Assembly: GCA_963933835.1 (NCBI GenBank)
Contig: CAWVVV010000001.1
Coordinates: forward strand, 320,001-384,000
Length of the DNA stretch: 64,000 nucleotides
DNA from: an uncultured Puniceicoccaceae bacterium
GTDB taxonomy: Bacteria; Verrucomicrobiota; Verrucomicrobiia; Opitutales; Oceanipulchritudinaceae
Direction: 5' to 3'
A program made the translations under genes and the position numbers. Positions 1-9,274 of this stretch are shown one piece after another. Under the pieces are notes generated by a model. It was not told the DNA's origin and did no database searches. It worked only from the letters and a program-made list of their open reading frames with translations. The first letter of the stretch is position 1; each line of letters begins with the position of its first letter.

Positions 1-1314
1 ATAATCGCCATTGAGAAAGAAGCAGTCCCCCATCTGGCCAAGTATCTTCGCCTGCTCGGAAGGTCGGTCCTCCAGAATGCGAAGACGATCGAGATAGCTC
101 GCCGCCGTTCGGTAGCGAGGCGGCGTGCGCTGCCAGTTCACTGTGGCAAGGAGGCGCAACATCTGTGAAACTCGCGCCGAGCCCGGCAACTCCTCAATAA
201 GCCGCGAGGCGGCTACTTCGGCCACATCGAAACTTCCCTGACTTAACATCAAACTCGCTCGGGTAACTAACAGCTCTGCGTAGAGGGCGTGGCGCGCTGG
301 CTGAGCGATCAGGTCGCGCAGAAATCGGTCAAATTCAACAAAAAGCTCACCTCTCATCGGAGCTTGAGCTAAGAGCCTCAGAGCAATCCGCTGCAACACC
401 GGCGCTGCTCGCATCGACATTAACTGGCGTAACGCCAGTCGCCCTCTTCCGCCATCAGCCCCAGACATCATACCCAGCATGAGGAGCAATTCCTCGCGCC
501 GAGGAGAGTTAAGCAATTCTGGTAGGCGTAGCAAAACCTCAAGCTCGTCGACGGCCTCATCACTACGGCCTAGGCGAAAGAGCACGACCGCTAACATCCG
601 ACGGGACTCAAACCCAAGGCGCTGCCCTTCCGTAGCTCTCGCCGTCGCCCGAAGCTGCCCTACATCTTCTTCAGAAGCAGCACGATGTTTCAGCTCACCA
701 TCTAGACGGAGAAGATCCATCTGCGCCACCACTGTTGGCGATGTCGCCAGTGTTCGAGCCTCGGCAAGGCGAGATGAAGCGAGCTCCGTTTCACCGCGCT
801 GAAAAAAGAGCAACCCCTCACAGAGCAAATACCAAGAGTGTTCGCTCGGATCGAGTTCCTCCAATGAAATCCCACTGAGAAGCTGCGCACTTTCTTCATA
901 CGAAGATTTTAAGTAGGCCGCTAACGCCTTTCTTAGCGAAACGTCCGCGCCCTCCGCATCCATTTCATTGATCACGGTGTAAGCCAACGCTCCCTCACCT
1001 AAGGTGATCAACGAACTCGCAAGCCCGAGCTGCGCTTCACGTCGCAAAGCATCGGTTAAGCCTTCCGCAGCCAAAACCTCTGCATAGAAACGCCTCGCGA
1101 GTTCACCATACCCTTCTTTCAAGGCAGACTCCGCCGCACTGAGACGCCACTGCCAACGTGAAGTCTGCGAAACACCAGCGGCTTCGGCTGAAAATTCAAG
1201 CGGAACATCCGGTTGCCCAACCTGCCCATTGGCGGAATCGGCAAGGGGTAGTATCACAACAAGGGCTAAGGCGATGGCCCGACACTTTTTGAAAGCACGG
1301 TGGTTTTTCGGCAC
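1..1314 (-). CDS. Tetratricopeptide-repeat-like exported protein, 3' end runs off the window
   Basis: Not in the ORF track because it has no stop in the window. Manual translation from GTG at 1314 gives VPKNHRAFKKCRAIALALVVILPLADSA (signal-like), then helical repeats such as LSAAESALKEGYGELARRFYAEV. The same frame reads LGQMGDCFFLNGDY at the window edge. Confidence 0.7.
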   Translation of the reverse strand, partial: MPKNHRAFKKCRAIALALVVILPLADSANGQVGQPDVPLEFSAEAAGVSQTSRWQWRLSAAESALKEGYGELARRFYAEVLAAEGLTDALRREAQLGLASSLITLGEGALAYTVINEMDAEGADVSLRKALAAYLKSSYEESAQLLSGISLEELDPSEHSWYLLCEGLLFFQRGETELASSRLAEARTLATSPTVVAQMDLLRLDGELKHRAASEEDVGQLRATARATEGQRLGFESRRMLAVVLFRLGRSDEAVDELEVLLRLPELLNSPRREELLLMLGMMSGADGGRGRLALRQLMSMRAAPVLQRIALRLLAQAPMRGELFVEFDRFLRDLIAQPARHALYAELLVTRASLMLSQGSFDVAEVAASRLIEELPGSARVSQMLRLLATVNWQRTPPRYRTAASYLDRLRILEDRPSEQAKILGQMGDCFFLNGDY

Positions 1315-1432
1315 GTCGTCAGAGGGTGCCGACGAAAGAGGGCGAGACAAGCCTTTGCTCTGCCCTACAAAAACGCCCCCCCCCCGTCGAGTTTACTTGC
1401 CCTAACACTTCCCGAACTCTAGCTGGTTATCA

Positions 1433-1657
1433 ATGTATCTCTTCATTCCCAAAGAGACGCCGCCAGAAACTCGAGTCAGCGCTACCCCTGAGCAAGTTCA
1501 GGCCTATGCACAACTTGGGCTCAGCGTCCTTGTCGAAAGCGGTGCCGGTAACAATGCAGCCCACAGTGATGATGCCTACACGAAGGCGGGTGCGCGCATC
1601 ACGACCGATCGGAACGATGCCTTTGAGAAATCCATTCCTCCGAACTGCGCTCTTTGA
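1433..1657 (+). pseudogene. pntA: N-terminal fragment of NAD(P) transhydrogenase subunit alpha
   Basis: IPKET-ETRVSATPE-V-LVESGAG-A-SDDAY-KAGA is the PntA/AlaDH N-terminal signature. It ends after about 66 similar residues, whereas the full protein is several hundred aa. Confidence 0.8.
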
Positions 1658-2575
1658 TTTCTTTATGAAGTCTGGACACTTGAGCTGTGCTCAAGGCGAC
1701 ATCCCCAACCCAATACCAAGTGCTAGATTCCTTCGCGGAGAGGTCTAGTGTCGCCACATCGATGCATGCAGAGCGGATGCCTCGCTTGCCGTCTTCAGAT
1801 GTGACGGTCTTTCCATTCAAAAATCCCTCTATCTGCTCGCTGCTCACAAGCTGGGCTGAGGCATCGAGACCCACCGTCCAAGAGACAGCTGCTCGAAGAG
1901 ATTCCGATGGTTCTGCTCGGTCGGTCGGAATCGAGCTTAGATACGTCAGGCGCAGAGAGGTGCCCGCGATCGCTTCCGTTCTCTTATAGGCATCAACGAG
2001 AATGCTGTATGCATTTTGAAATTCATCGCTGACTCCAAATGGCTGCAAATTCTGAACACCATCAAGGACTTCAACAGAGCGGTCATCACCGGAAAGGTTC
2101 TCGATCGTGGAACGGCGAACAAATCCGTATTGTCGGCTAAAGGCCCATGTATAGCGGAAGACAAGCTGGAGGTCCTCGTTCACTTCTTCAAAGGTCAGCT
2201 GAGTGCCGTCGGAACGCTTTGAGACACTGCGAGGGGCGTCTCCTTTACGTTCGTATCGAAGGGTGACCAGTAGCGATAGTCCCCGCCCTTAGTCCGCTCA
2301 CGGACGTGCGTTACGGGGCCGGTTGTAGCAGCGAGATCGATCAGCTTGTCCTGAGTGTAGTAAGGAAACAATGACTTTTCAGGCGATGATCGCCCAGCAG
2401 TCAGACCTCCATTACTTGCTGCAAAAAGCCAGTGGTCTTCATCACTTACGATCGAGACAAGAAAAGGTTTAAACGACTCAACTCCGTTGATGGTGAACCA
2501 TTCGGAATCCGTTGTTGAAGAAGCATGCATGCTATTGGCTGACGCAGTGTCAATTGCCTGAGTAGATAAGGACAT
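1599..2575 (-). pseudogene. GH149-like beta-1,3-glucan phosphorylase, frameshifted and 3'-truncated
   Basis: PFLVSIVSDEDHWLFAASNGGLTAGR-LFPYYT-DK, then LDGVQNLQPFGV-LVDAYKR-DRAEPSE resemble the GH149 N-terminus. The frame changes near 2245 (alternate frame reads RSVSKRSDGTQLTFEEVNEDL). About 320 codons remain of a protein normally over 1000 aa. Confidence 0.7.
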
Positions 2576-2599
2576 CTTAGAGAGAGAGATTGAGACTAG

Positions 2600-3661
2600 T
2601 TAGTGTTTTGCGACTGCCGATACAGCGGCGCTTCCATTCGGAGGACCGATGGATGTGCCCTCGACGAATTCTCCATCGACAAGGACGTGACGGCGTGGAG
2701 CTAGAGGGTGATCAACGCGGCGCATTAACTGGTGGAAAGCAGATCGACCGATTTCGTCGTATGGGACACGAACCGTAGCCATTGCTGGCACGCCCGTCGT
2801 CGGCTCGATGCCGTCAAAGCCAGTAAGAGAGCAATCGCGGGGAACTTGGATTCCACGCTCGGCCAGAAGTTGACGCAATTCGTAAGCTTGGTGATCGGCC
2901 GCGCAGACAAATGCGGTCACACCTTCACGGACGAGTTCGGCGGTTTTCTCCGCTACCTCAATGACCGTGAGTTGCTCGGCAGGGCGCAGGTTGATTACAC
3001 GGGTAGGGTCGAATTCAAGATCGAACAAATAGAGGCTCTCGACATATGAGCCAAAGCGATGGTGTACCCATGGCGTCGGAACATCATAAACCCAGCTCAA
3101 AAAACCGATTTTGCGGTGTCCTTGCTCGTGCAGGGCTTTGACAAGAAAGTTCACCGAGTCGATCTGATCAACGTCCACGCTGTCGATGTAGTTACGGCGG
3201 TAGTTTTCGACAACCGAAACACACGGAATCGTCTTTGATATTGTTTCGACGACTTCGTCCGTCATCGGATGAACGAGTATAGCACCTCTCCAGCGGCTTT
3301 GTCGAATACGGCGCTGAATCGCTTTCGGATCATGATCCGATGGTTCATGGTAAACAACATCGAGGGTCACGACGTCGCTTGAACTGCGTTCTGCGATCCC
3401 GCGTAAAACTTCTTGCGACGTCTCGGCGTGCCCGCGTTGACGTTCCGGAATCGCAATCAAGACACCAATCACACAGGGCTCCTTGCCCGAAGAGAGTCGG
3501 GCCCGCGGCGGAGGCATTTGGTAACCAAGTTGAGCAGCCAAATTCCAAACAATCGCCTTTGTATCGGCGTTGATCGCGGGATGGTTACCTAGAGCTCTAG
3601 AAACTGTTGTCTGAGAGAGGTTTAGACGCTGGGCAATGATTTGTTGATTAACTCGAGCCAT
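2600..3661 (-). CDS. LacI-family transcriptional regulator
   Basis: N-terminal HTH (VNQQIIAQRLNLSQTTVSRAL) plus sugar-binding domain (GHRKIGFL, VPRDCSLTGFDG). Start placed at ATG 3661. Confidence 0.9.
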   Translation of the reverse strand: MARVNQQIIAQRLNLSQTTVSRALGNHPAINADTKAIVWNLAAQLGYQMPPPRARLSSGKEPCVIGVLIAIPERQRGHAETSQEVLRGIAERSSSDVVTLDVVYHEPSDHDPKAIQRRIRQSRWRGAILVHPMTDEVVETISKTIPCVSVVENYRRNYIDSVDVDQIDSVNFLVKALHEQGHRKIGFLSWVYDVPTPWVHHRFGSYVESLYLFDLEFDPTRVINLRPAEQLTVIEVAEKTAELVREGVTAFVCAADHQAYELRQLLAERGIQVPRDCSLTGFDGIEPTTGVPAMATVRVPYDEIGRSAFHQLMRRVDHPLAPRRHVLVDGEFVEGTSIGPPNGSAAVSAVAKH

Positions 3662-3999
3662 AGTAACGAAACAGGGTGTAAAATTAAATCGTATGCAGCA
3701 TTTCATGCAGAGTACTGTCAATGGCAATGCATAAAAGTACGATTCAGTTTCCTAGCCTCTACAAGCGAGACTCGAAACCGTCTATTTGACCGGAATCGTC
3801 CTTCTTTATAAGTAATAATCGCGATTTTGGCACAAAATGAAATGCATCAATCAAATGAATAATTCGCCCTATATCTCGCATTTTCATGAAATAATGCGTA
3901 TTTATGCATTAAGCTATTTGACTTTACCGATGGAATAGCGACATTGAGTCACGAGACTGGGAATCCCCACCTGTCTCCACTCCCCACTCCTCCTACCCA

Positions 4000-5073
4000 A
4001 TGGCTCCGGCTAATCTGAAAATACTGCTTACGACTCTGCTACAGACTGCGCTCGTTAGCGTTGTCCCAGCAGGTGATGCGTCATCTAGCAGCGACTGGAA
4101 CCTCATCTGGTCTGACGAGTTCGAGTATTCAGGAGCTCCAGATCCCGAAAAATGGGGTTACGACCTCGGCGCTGGTGGCGGCGGAAACGGAGAACGGCAA
4201 GTCTACACCGATGAGCTCGAAAATGCGCGGGTAGAAAACGGCAGCCTCCTCATCCAAGCGGTGCAGACGAACGGCGACACGAGAGCCCCTACTTACACCT
4301 CAGCGCGCCTCGTCACTCGCGAAAAGAAGTCTATCCAGTATGGGCGAGTGGAAGTGAGAGCCATCATGCCAAATGAAACAGGGACGTGGGCGGCCATTTG
4401 GATGCTTCCGACCGACGCTCTCTTCAGCGACCTCTACTGGCCGAACAATGGCGAAATCGATATCGTCGAGCATGTAGGATATGAACAAGACCCACTTTCC
4501 CTTCAGCTAAAAGGAGTTAACTTCCTCAATAATCTCCACAGCACGATCCACTCGGAAAAGCAGAACTTTCTCAATAGTGGCGGAATCGGGGCCTCCACCT
4601 ACCTCGAAGAGATTTCAACTCAATTCAACGTCTACGCCTTTGAATGGTTTCCAGATGGCATGGAATTCTTCATCAATGGTGAGAGCTATTTGAGAGTGGA
4701 TCGCGAGACAGATGTTGCCATCCCCGTTCGTAACCGACCAGACGACACCACCCCGTGGTGGCCCTTCGATCAGCGCTTTCACTTACTGATGAATCTTGCG
4801 GTCGGCGGCAATTGGGGCGGCCATTTTAATCAAGACTTCTACGGCAGCTCCCCCCATCCGATCGGGATCGATTACAATGGTAACTGGCCTCAAACAATGG
4901 AAGTCGACTACGTGCGGATGTATGAGCACTCATCCATGTTAAGCGAACCAGCAACCGTTGTCCCCGGAATGATCAATCCACTGGATTACATCGCTGAGCG
5001 GGGGGGGGTCTATGAAATCCTAAGAAGCACGAAGCGGGGTATAGCGACCCGCTGCATAGAAGTTCATCTTTGA
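4000..5073 (+). CDS. GH16 laminarinase-like glycoside hydrolase, probably lacking its C-terminal module
   Basis: Signal peptide, LIWSDEF, YTSARLVT, GTWAAIWMLP, catalytic GEIDIVEH, FHLLMNLAVGG and MEVDYVRMY. VVPGMINPLDY looks like the start of a CBM that stops abruptly. Confidence 0.85.
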   Translation: MAPANLKILLTTLLQTALVSVVPAGDASSSSDWNLIWSDEFEYSGAPDPEKWGYDLGAGGGGNGERQVYTDELENARVENGSLLIQAVQTNGDTRAPTYTSARLVTREKKSIQYGRVEVRAIMPNETGTWAAIWMLPTDALFSDLYWPNNGEIDIVEHVGYEQDPLSLQLKGVNFLNNLHSTIHSEKQNFLNSGGIGASTYLEEISTQFNVYAFEWFPDGMEFFINGESYLRVDRETDVAIPVRNRPDDTTPWWPFDQRFHLLMNLAVGGNWGGHFNQDFYGSSPHPIGIDYNGNWPQTMEVDYVRMYEHSSMLSEPATVVPGMINPLDYIAERGGVYEILRSTKRGIATRCIEVHL

Positions 5074-5354
5074 GGAAAGATGGCCTGTCAAATTCCAATC
5101 AAATAAATGCAATATTTGTGCATAATAATTATGCGAAGATCCGTCCGAATAGTCGCTCAAGCCCCACAAGTAAACGGTTTCAGGCGAACCAACGACAGAC
5201 TTATAAGAATATGCAGCGATCTCGAGAATCGAAGCACTTGGGGATATAGCGCCTCCGGATTCCTCGTTTGCAGCGCGAACCCAGTCGCTTCTAAATCGGC
5301 AAAGATTCGACCTAGTTATTTGCCTCGAACTCAATCCTGACCTCAGCAGCAATC

Positions 5355-5645
5355 GTGCATATAAGTCTCACCCACTCTCTCTTCTTTTTCGCAGCGATCA
5401 ACCTGCTATCCTTCCTCTCTTACGGCTGGGACAAATACGCAGCCCTACGGGGGCGATGGAGAACGCCTGAAAGAACGCTTTTAGTCCTCAGCTTTCTAGG
5501 GGGTCCTGGAGCCATCGCGGCGATCTATTTCTTCAAACACAAAAACCGTAAAACAAGGTATCTGATCTTTGCGGTTCCACTCGTGATCTTGGGTATCGCT
5601 TCACAACTTTGGTTGATCAACCGCTCAGGGATCGTCGGTGGCTAA
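5355..5645 (+). CDS. DUF1294 family small membrane protein
   Basis: INLLSFLSYGWDK-A-WRTPERTL-LGGPGA-FKHKNRK motif. Confidence 0.85.
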   Translation: MHISLTHSLFFFAAINLLSFLSYGWDKYAALRGRWRTPERTLLVLSFLGGPGAIAAIYFFKHKNRKTRYLIFAVPLVILGIASQLWLINRSGIVGG

Positions 5646-5699
5646 CGTGGTCGCAATGACTTCAGCTTAGATATAACCTAGGATCACTTTCGTTGACTT

Positions 5700-5860
5700 A
5701 TGGTTTGGTTAAATGAGACTCGCCCATCAGTCGCGAACAATGAGGCTTATAAGACGAGTCTCGAAAATGAATGGGACCAATTTTCGCCAAATGTGCAGAC
5801 CCAAGCCCAACGTAACCCAATTGTGTCATTTCGTGCATTCCACGGTGATTTCCCCAATAT
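5700..5860 (+). pseudogene. Possible remnant of a GH10-type glycoside hydrolase C-terminus
   Basis: AYKTSLENEW...VSFRAFHGDF resembles the W...FRGFHGDY tail of long GH10 proteins. No catalytic domain upstream. Confidence 0.35.
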
Positions 5861-5880
5861 CAGACAACACTTGAATCAAA

Positions 5881-6141
5881 ATGACCTTCAATCTCGGCTG
5901 GTATAAACGCAACGAAGACAAGCGCCGCCTAAAAGTAAGCTGCGCACTCGTTCGCAAGGATCTCGAATGGAAGCAAAAGCCTGCTCGATTTGAGCGCTGG
6001 GAGGCAATGGAACCCCAGCCCGAAGACTGGGATGAGCTCCTAGATTCCGTCGAAAGGAACTATGTCCGCCGAAAGATATCGCCTGCAGATCGAGAGTTGA
6101 TCACCCGACTCCACAAGCAGCACACCAGCACAAAACCCTGA
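5881..6141 (+). CDS. Small basic hypothetical protein
   Basis: 86-aa ORF with protein-like composition, converging on pilC. Confidence 0.6.
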   Translation: MTFNLGWYKRNEDKRRLKVSCALVRKDLEWKQKPARFERWEAMEPQPEDWDELLDSVERNYVRRKISPADRELITRLHKQHTSTKP

Positions 6142-6194
6142 GGGAACACGTTTCCAATCAAGACTCAGTCCGAAGGATCGAACCTCGGCCCAGC

Positions 6195-7355
6195 TTAGCC
6201 ACCCACCACGCTGGCGAGGTTGAAGATCGGTAGGAACATCGCCATAACGATGCCACCAATCACGATACCGAGCACACAGATCAGAATCGGCTCCATCAAC
6301 GAAGTGAGGGAGTCTACCGTTGTCTGAATCTCAGCGTCATAAAAATCGCCGATCTTATTCATCATACCGTCAACATTACCGGTTTGCTCACCAGCTCGCG
6401 CCATGTGTTTCACTGTAGGCGGGAAATAGGGCAAGGTCGCTACGACATCTGAGAGCTGCCCACCCTGACTGATATTGCGACTGATATCGCGACATGCAGA
6501 CTCGATAAAGGTGTTACCACTCGCGGAGGATACGATTTCCAAACAACGCAAAATCGGCACCCCGGAACGGAGCAAAATCGCATAGGTGCGGCAAAAACGT
6601 GAGAGCGCGACCTTTTGAAGCAGGTTCCCCATAATCGGCATGCGATAGAAAATCTTATCCTTTACAACCCGCCCCTTCGGAGTCGCTGCCATCTTTTTGA
6701 TAAGAATGAACAAAGCAACTGTACCGACGATGAGGTAGACGATGTAGGACTTCAAAAAGTTAGACAGATCGATCAAGAACTGTGTCGGCGCAGGCAACTC
6801 CTTGCCGAAGCTCTCAAACATCTCCGCAAACACCGGGATAACGAAGATAAGCAGGACCTGCACAAGCGCAGTCGACATTCCGATCACCGCCACAGGATAC
6901 GTCATCGCACCCTTAACTTTCTTCATCAACGTGACCGTGTCTTCGAAGTAAATCGCCACTTTGGCCAGAATCTCTGCCAGACCACCTGAAGCCTCACCCG
7001 CCTCGACCATGGAAATGAAAAGATTCGGGAACGCTCGCGGATACTTACGGACCGCCTCGGAGAAGGCCGTCCCGCTCGCGATATCCTGCTTAACATTGCG
7101 AATGACGATCTGAAAGACCGGATCCTCCGTCTGCTCCTGAAGTGCCTCAAGCGCCGAAACCAACGGCAAGCCGGCTCCAAGCATAGACGAAAGCTGCTGA
7201 GTGAAGACCGTCAAATCAATCAGTTTCACTTTCTTCTTAGCCGCCTTCTTCTCGTAGGCTTTTTGTTTAGCCAGCCTTTGGTTTTCCATAAAACCGACCT
7301 TCTTTTTGGAGCGGGAAGAACCTTGGGCCGGAAGAGCTGATGTAATCATTGTCAT
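6195..7355 (-). CDS. pilC: Type II secretion system F / type IV pilus platform protein
   Basis: FTQQLSSMLGAGLPLV, MVEAGEASGGL, KVKGAMTYP, AGEQTGNVD, MEPILICVLG...AMFLPIF: two T2SSF domains. Confidence 0.92.
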   Translation of the reverse strand: MTMITSALPAQGSSRSKKKVGFMENQRLAKQKAYEKKAAKKKVKLIDLTVFTQQLSSMLGAGLPLVSALEALQEQTEDPVFQIVIRNVKQDIASGTAFSEAVRKYPRAFPNLFISMVEAGEASGGLAEILAKVAIYFEDTVTLMKKVKGAMTYPVAVIGMSTALVQVLLIFVIPVFAEMFESFGKELPAPTQFLIDLSNFLKSYIVYLIVGTVALFILIKKMAATPKGRVVKDKIFYRMPIMGNLLQKVALSRFCRTYAILLRSGVPILRCLEIVSSASGNTFIESACRDISRNISQGGQLSDVVATLPYFPPTVKHMARAGEQTGNVDGMMNKIGDFYDAEIQTTVDSLTSLMEPILICVLGIVIGGIVMAMFLPIFNLASVVGG

Positions 7356-7586
7356 GGCGATAAAAGCTAAAGATTTTCTTCGAACGAAAAATCACAGAGA
7401 GTTCTCTGCAGACTATGCCCCATACATCGCCTCTGCCTGAGACCCCTTTAGGCTCTATTAACAAGAGTGTGCGAATCGAATGTAAAAGTGTCCGATTCGA
7501 GGCGCACAGACTCTGGGCTTGACGCACGAATGCGAGCCAGTGTTAGTTCCCATCCTTCCTGATTGAAGCACGATCAATCGCAATAA

Positions 7587-7660
7587 GCGGGCGTCGTTTA
7601 GTGGTAAGACCCTAGCCTTCCAAGCTAGTGATGGGGGTTCGATTCCCCCCGCCCGCACCA
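7587..7660 (+). tRNA. tRNA-Gly (anticodon TCC)
   Basis: GCGGGCG/CGCCCGC acceptor stem, TAGTGGTA D-loop, CTAGC-CTTCCAA-GCTAG anticodon arm, GGGGG-TTCGATT-CCCCC T-arm, encoded CCA; 74 nt. Confidence 0.97.
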
Positions 7661-7750
7661 TTTACCACTAGGCCTTGGATTGTGGAAATGGGCAGCACCT
7701 GTTAAACTTTTGGCTGTCGCTCTACGCCGCTTCGCCTTCAACTGGGGAAG

Positions 7751-8542
7751 ATGTCAGAAACTCCCTCAGACGGACTCGAAGCCCGCCTCGCTGCGCTCGA
7801 AGAAGCCCACCAAAATCTCCTTGGTGACTTTAAGCACCTCCGTAACTTTTTTTACCGTCAGCATTTCTACACTCATCGGCTGCTTGAGAAGGCCTTTCAA
7901 GTCGCCTGCTTCGGTGACTACCTCGAGTTCGGGGTTTTTGAAGGCGCGTCGATGATCCAAAGTTATAATGCTTCAAAGCGCATCTTCCAACTGATGGAAG
8001 ACGGCCACTGGGATGCTGGCTCAGCAGAGGTGGACAAAAAGGAGAGTTACCGAGAGGCGTGGGAAAAGATGCGCTTCATCGGGTTCGATACCTTTGAAGG
8101 GATGCCGACCCTGAACGAAATAGATGCCACCTACGACATGTTCGAAGAAGGCTCTTTCGTCACGACCTTGGATAAATGCCGAACAAACATTTCCAAAGCG
8201 GGCGTACCCGAAAAACAGTTCCAACTCGTCAAAGGCCGTTTCGAGGAGAGCCTCAATGAGCAAACATCTAGCGATCTAAATTTGAAAGCGGTCTCAATCG
8301 TAAACATCGACTGCGACCTCTACTCATCTGCTCTCAAGGCCCTCGAGTTTGTCACACCCTACCTCCAAGACGGAAGTATCATCATCTTTGACGAGTGGTA
8401 TCACTACAAAGGCAACCCAAGTCTCGGTGAACAGCGTGCCTTTCACGAGTGGAAGGCAAAGAATCCTCAGCTCATCCTGAACGAGTTCCACAAAGAAGGT
8501 CCTTACCGGAACTCCTTCATTGTCACGACAAAGACCTACTGA
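7751..8542 (+). CDS. TylF/MycF/NovP-family O-methyltransferase
   Basis: GDYLEFGVFEGAS, FIGFDTFEGMP, LVKGRFEESL, VNIDCDLYSS, DGSIIIFDEW, GEQRAFHEW. Confidence 0.85.
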   Translation: MSETPSDGLEARLAALEEAHQNLLGDFKHLRNFFYRQHFYTHRLLEKAFQVACFGDYLEFGVFEGASMIQSYNASKRIFQLMEDGHWDAGSAEVDKKESYREAWEKMRFIGFDTFEGMPTLNEIDATYDMFEEGSFVTTLDKCRTNISKAGVPEKQFQLVKGRFEESLNEQTSSDLNLKAVSIVNIDCDLYSSALKALEFVTPYLQDGSIIIFDEWYHYKGNPSLGEQRAFHEWKAKNPQLILNEFHKEGPYRNSFIVTTKTY

Positions 8543-8553
8543 CGTCGCGCATT

Positions 8554-9270
8554 GTGAACCTCATCCTCTTCGAAGAACGCAAGAGCCACTACACGCTCTC
8601 AACGGGAGACCCACGCTTCGACCACATTCGCGGGGTCCTCAAACTAGGCGTCGGCGATGCCTTCATGGTCGGAGCCGTCGATGGTCCTCGTGGCGATGCA
8701 GAGATTCTCAAGATTGAGAAGACCGCTATCGAGGTCGCCATCACTTGGGATCGCGAAGCCATGCCGCCGCCGCCGGAGATCCACCTGATCCTGGCCATCC
8801 CTCGGCCGGCTACAGCACGCAAGGTTCTCTTCGACGCGACCACCCTTGGCGTCCACTCCTTTCATTTCTTCGCTGCCGAAAAAGGGGATCCGTCTTATGA
8901 AAAATCAAGCCTCTGGACTGAAGAAAAATGGAGATCGCATATTTTCAAAGGTGCTGAGCAAGCATTCAACACGGCTATCCCGAAGGTCACCGTATCCAAA
9001 AGTCTAGACAAAGCGCTCACTCTAGCGAGCACCGTAAGGACACGAGCGGCCTTAGATGTCTATGAAGGCACCACCCCTTATAGCGCGTGCACGGTTGAGC
9101 TACCGATGGCACTGGCGATCGGCGGAGAACGCGGCTGGTCCCCAAGAGAGCGCACTACCCTTCGGCAAGCAGGCTTTAGCCTCTACACCCTTGGCGACCG
9201 TGTCCTTCGCGTCGAAACCGCTGTAACCGCGGCGCTGGCGCTCACCCTCGCCAAAATTGGCTGCGTTTAG
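8554..9270 (+). CDS. rsmE: 16S rRNA m3U1498 methyltransferase
   Basis: HIRGVLKL, GAEQA, AIGGERGWS, LGDRVLRVETA SPOUT motifs. Start at GTG 8554, just after the upstream stop. Confidence 0.9.
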   Translation: MNLILFEERKSHYTLSTGDPRFDHIRGVLKLGVGDAFMVGAVDGPRGDAEILKIEKTAIEVAITWDREAMPPPPEIHLILAIPRPATARKVLFDATTLGVHSFHFFAAEKGDPSYEKSSLWTEEKWRSHIFKGAEQAFNTAIPKVTVSKSLDKALTLASTVRTRAALDVYEGTTPYSACTVELPMALAIGGERGWSPRERTTLRQAGFSLYTLGDRVLRVETAVTAALALTLAKIGCV

Positions 9271-9274
9271 GACC

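Noticed and set aside
3828..3846. Sigma-54 promoter at TGGCAC
   Set aside because: The GG-to-GC spacing is 13 bp rather than the required 10.
5000..5008. G9 run as a phase-variable frameshift in GH16
   Set aside because: The frame reads through the run, and no convincing continuation was seen in other frames.
7458..7661. 67-aa minus-strand ORF MVRAGGIEPPS...
   Set aside because: It is the antisense translation of tRNA-Gly.
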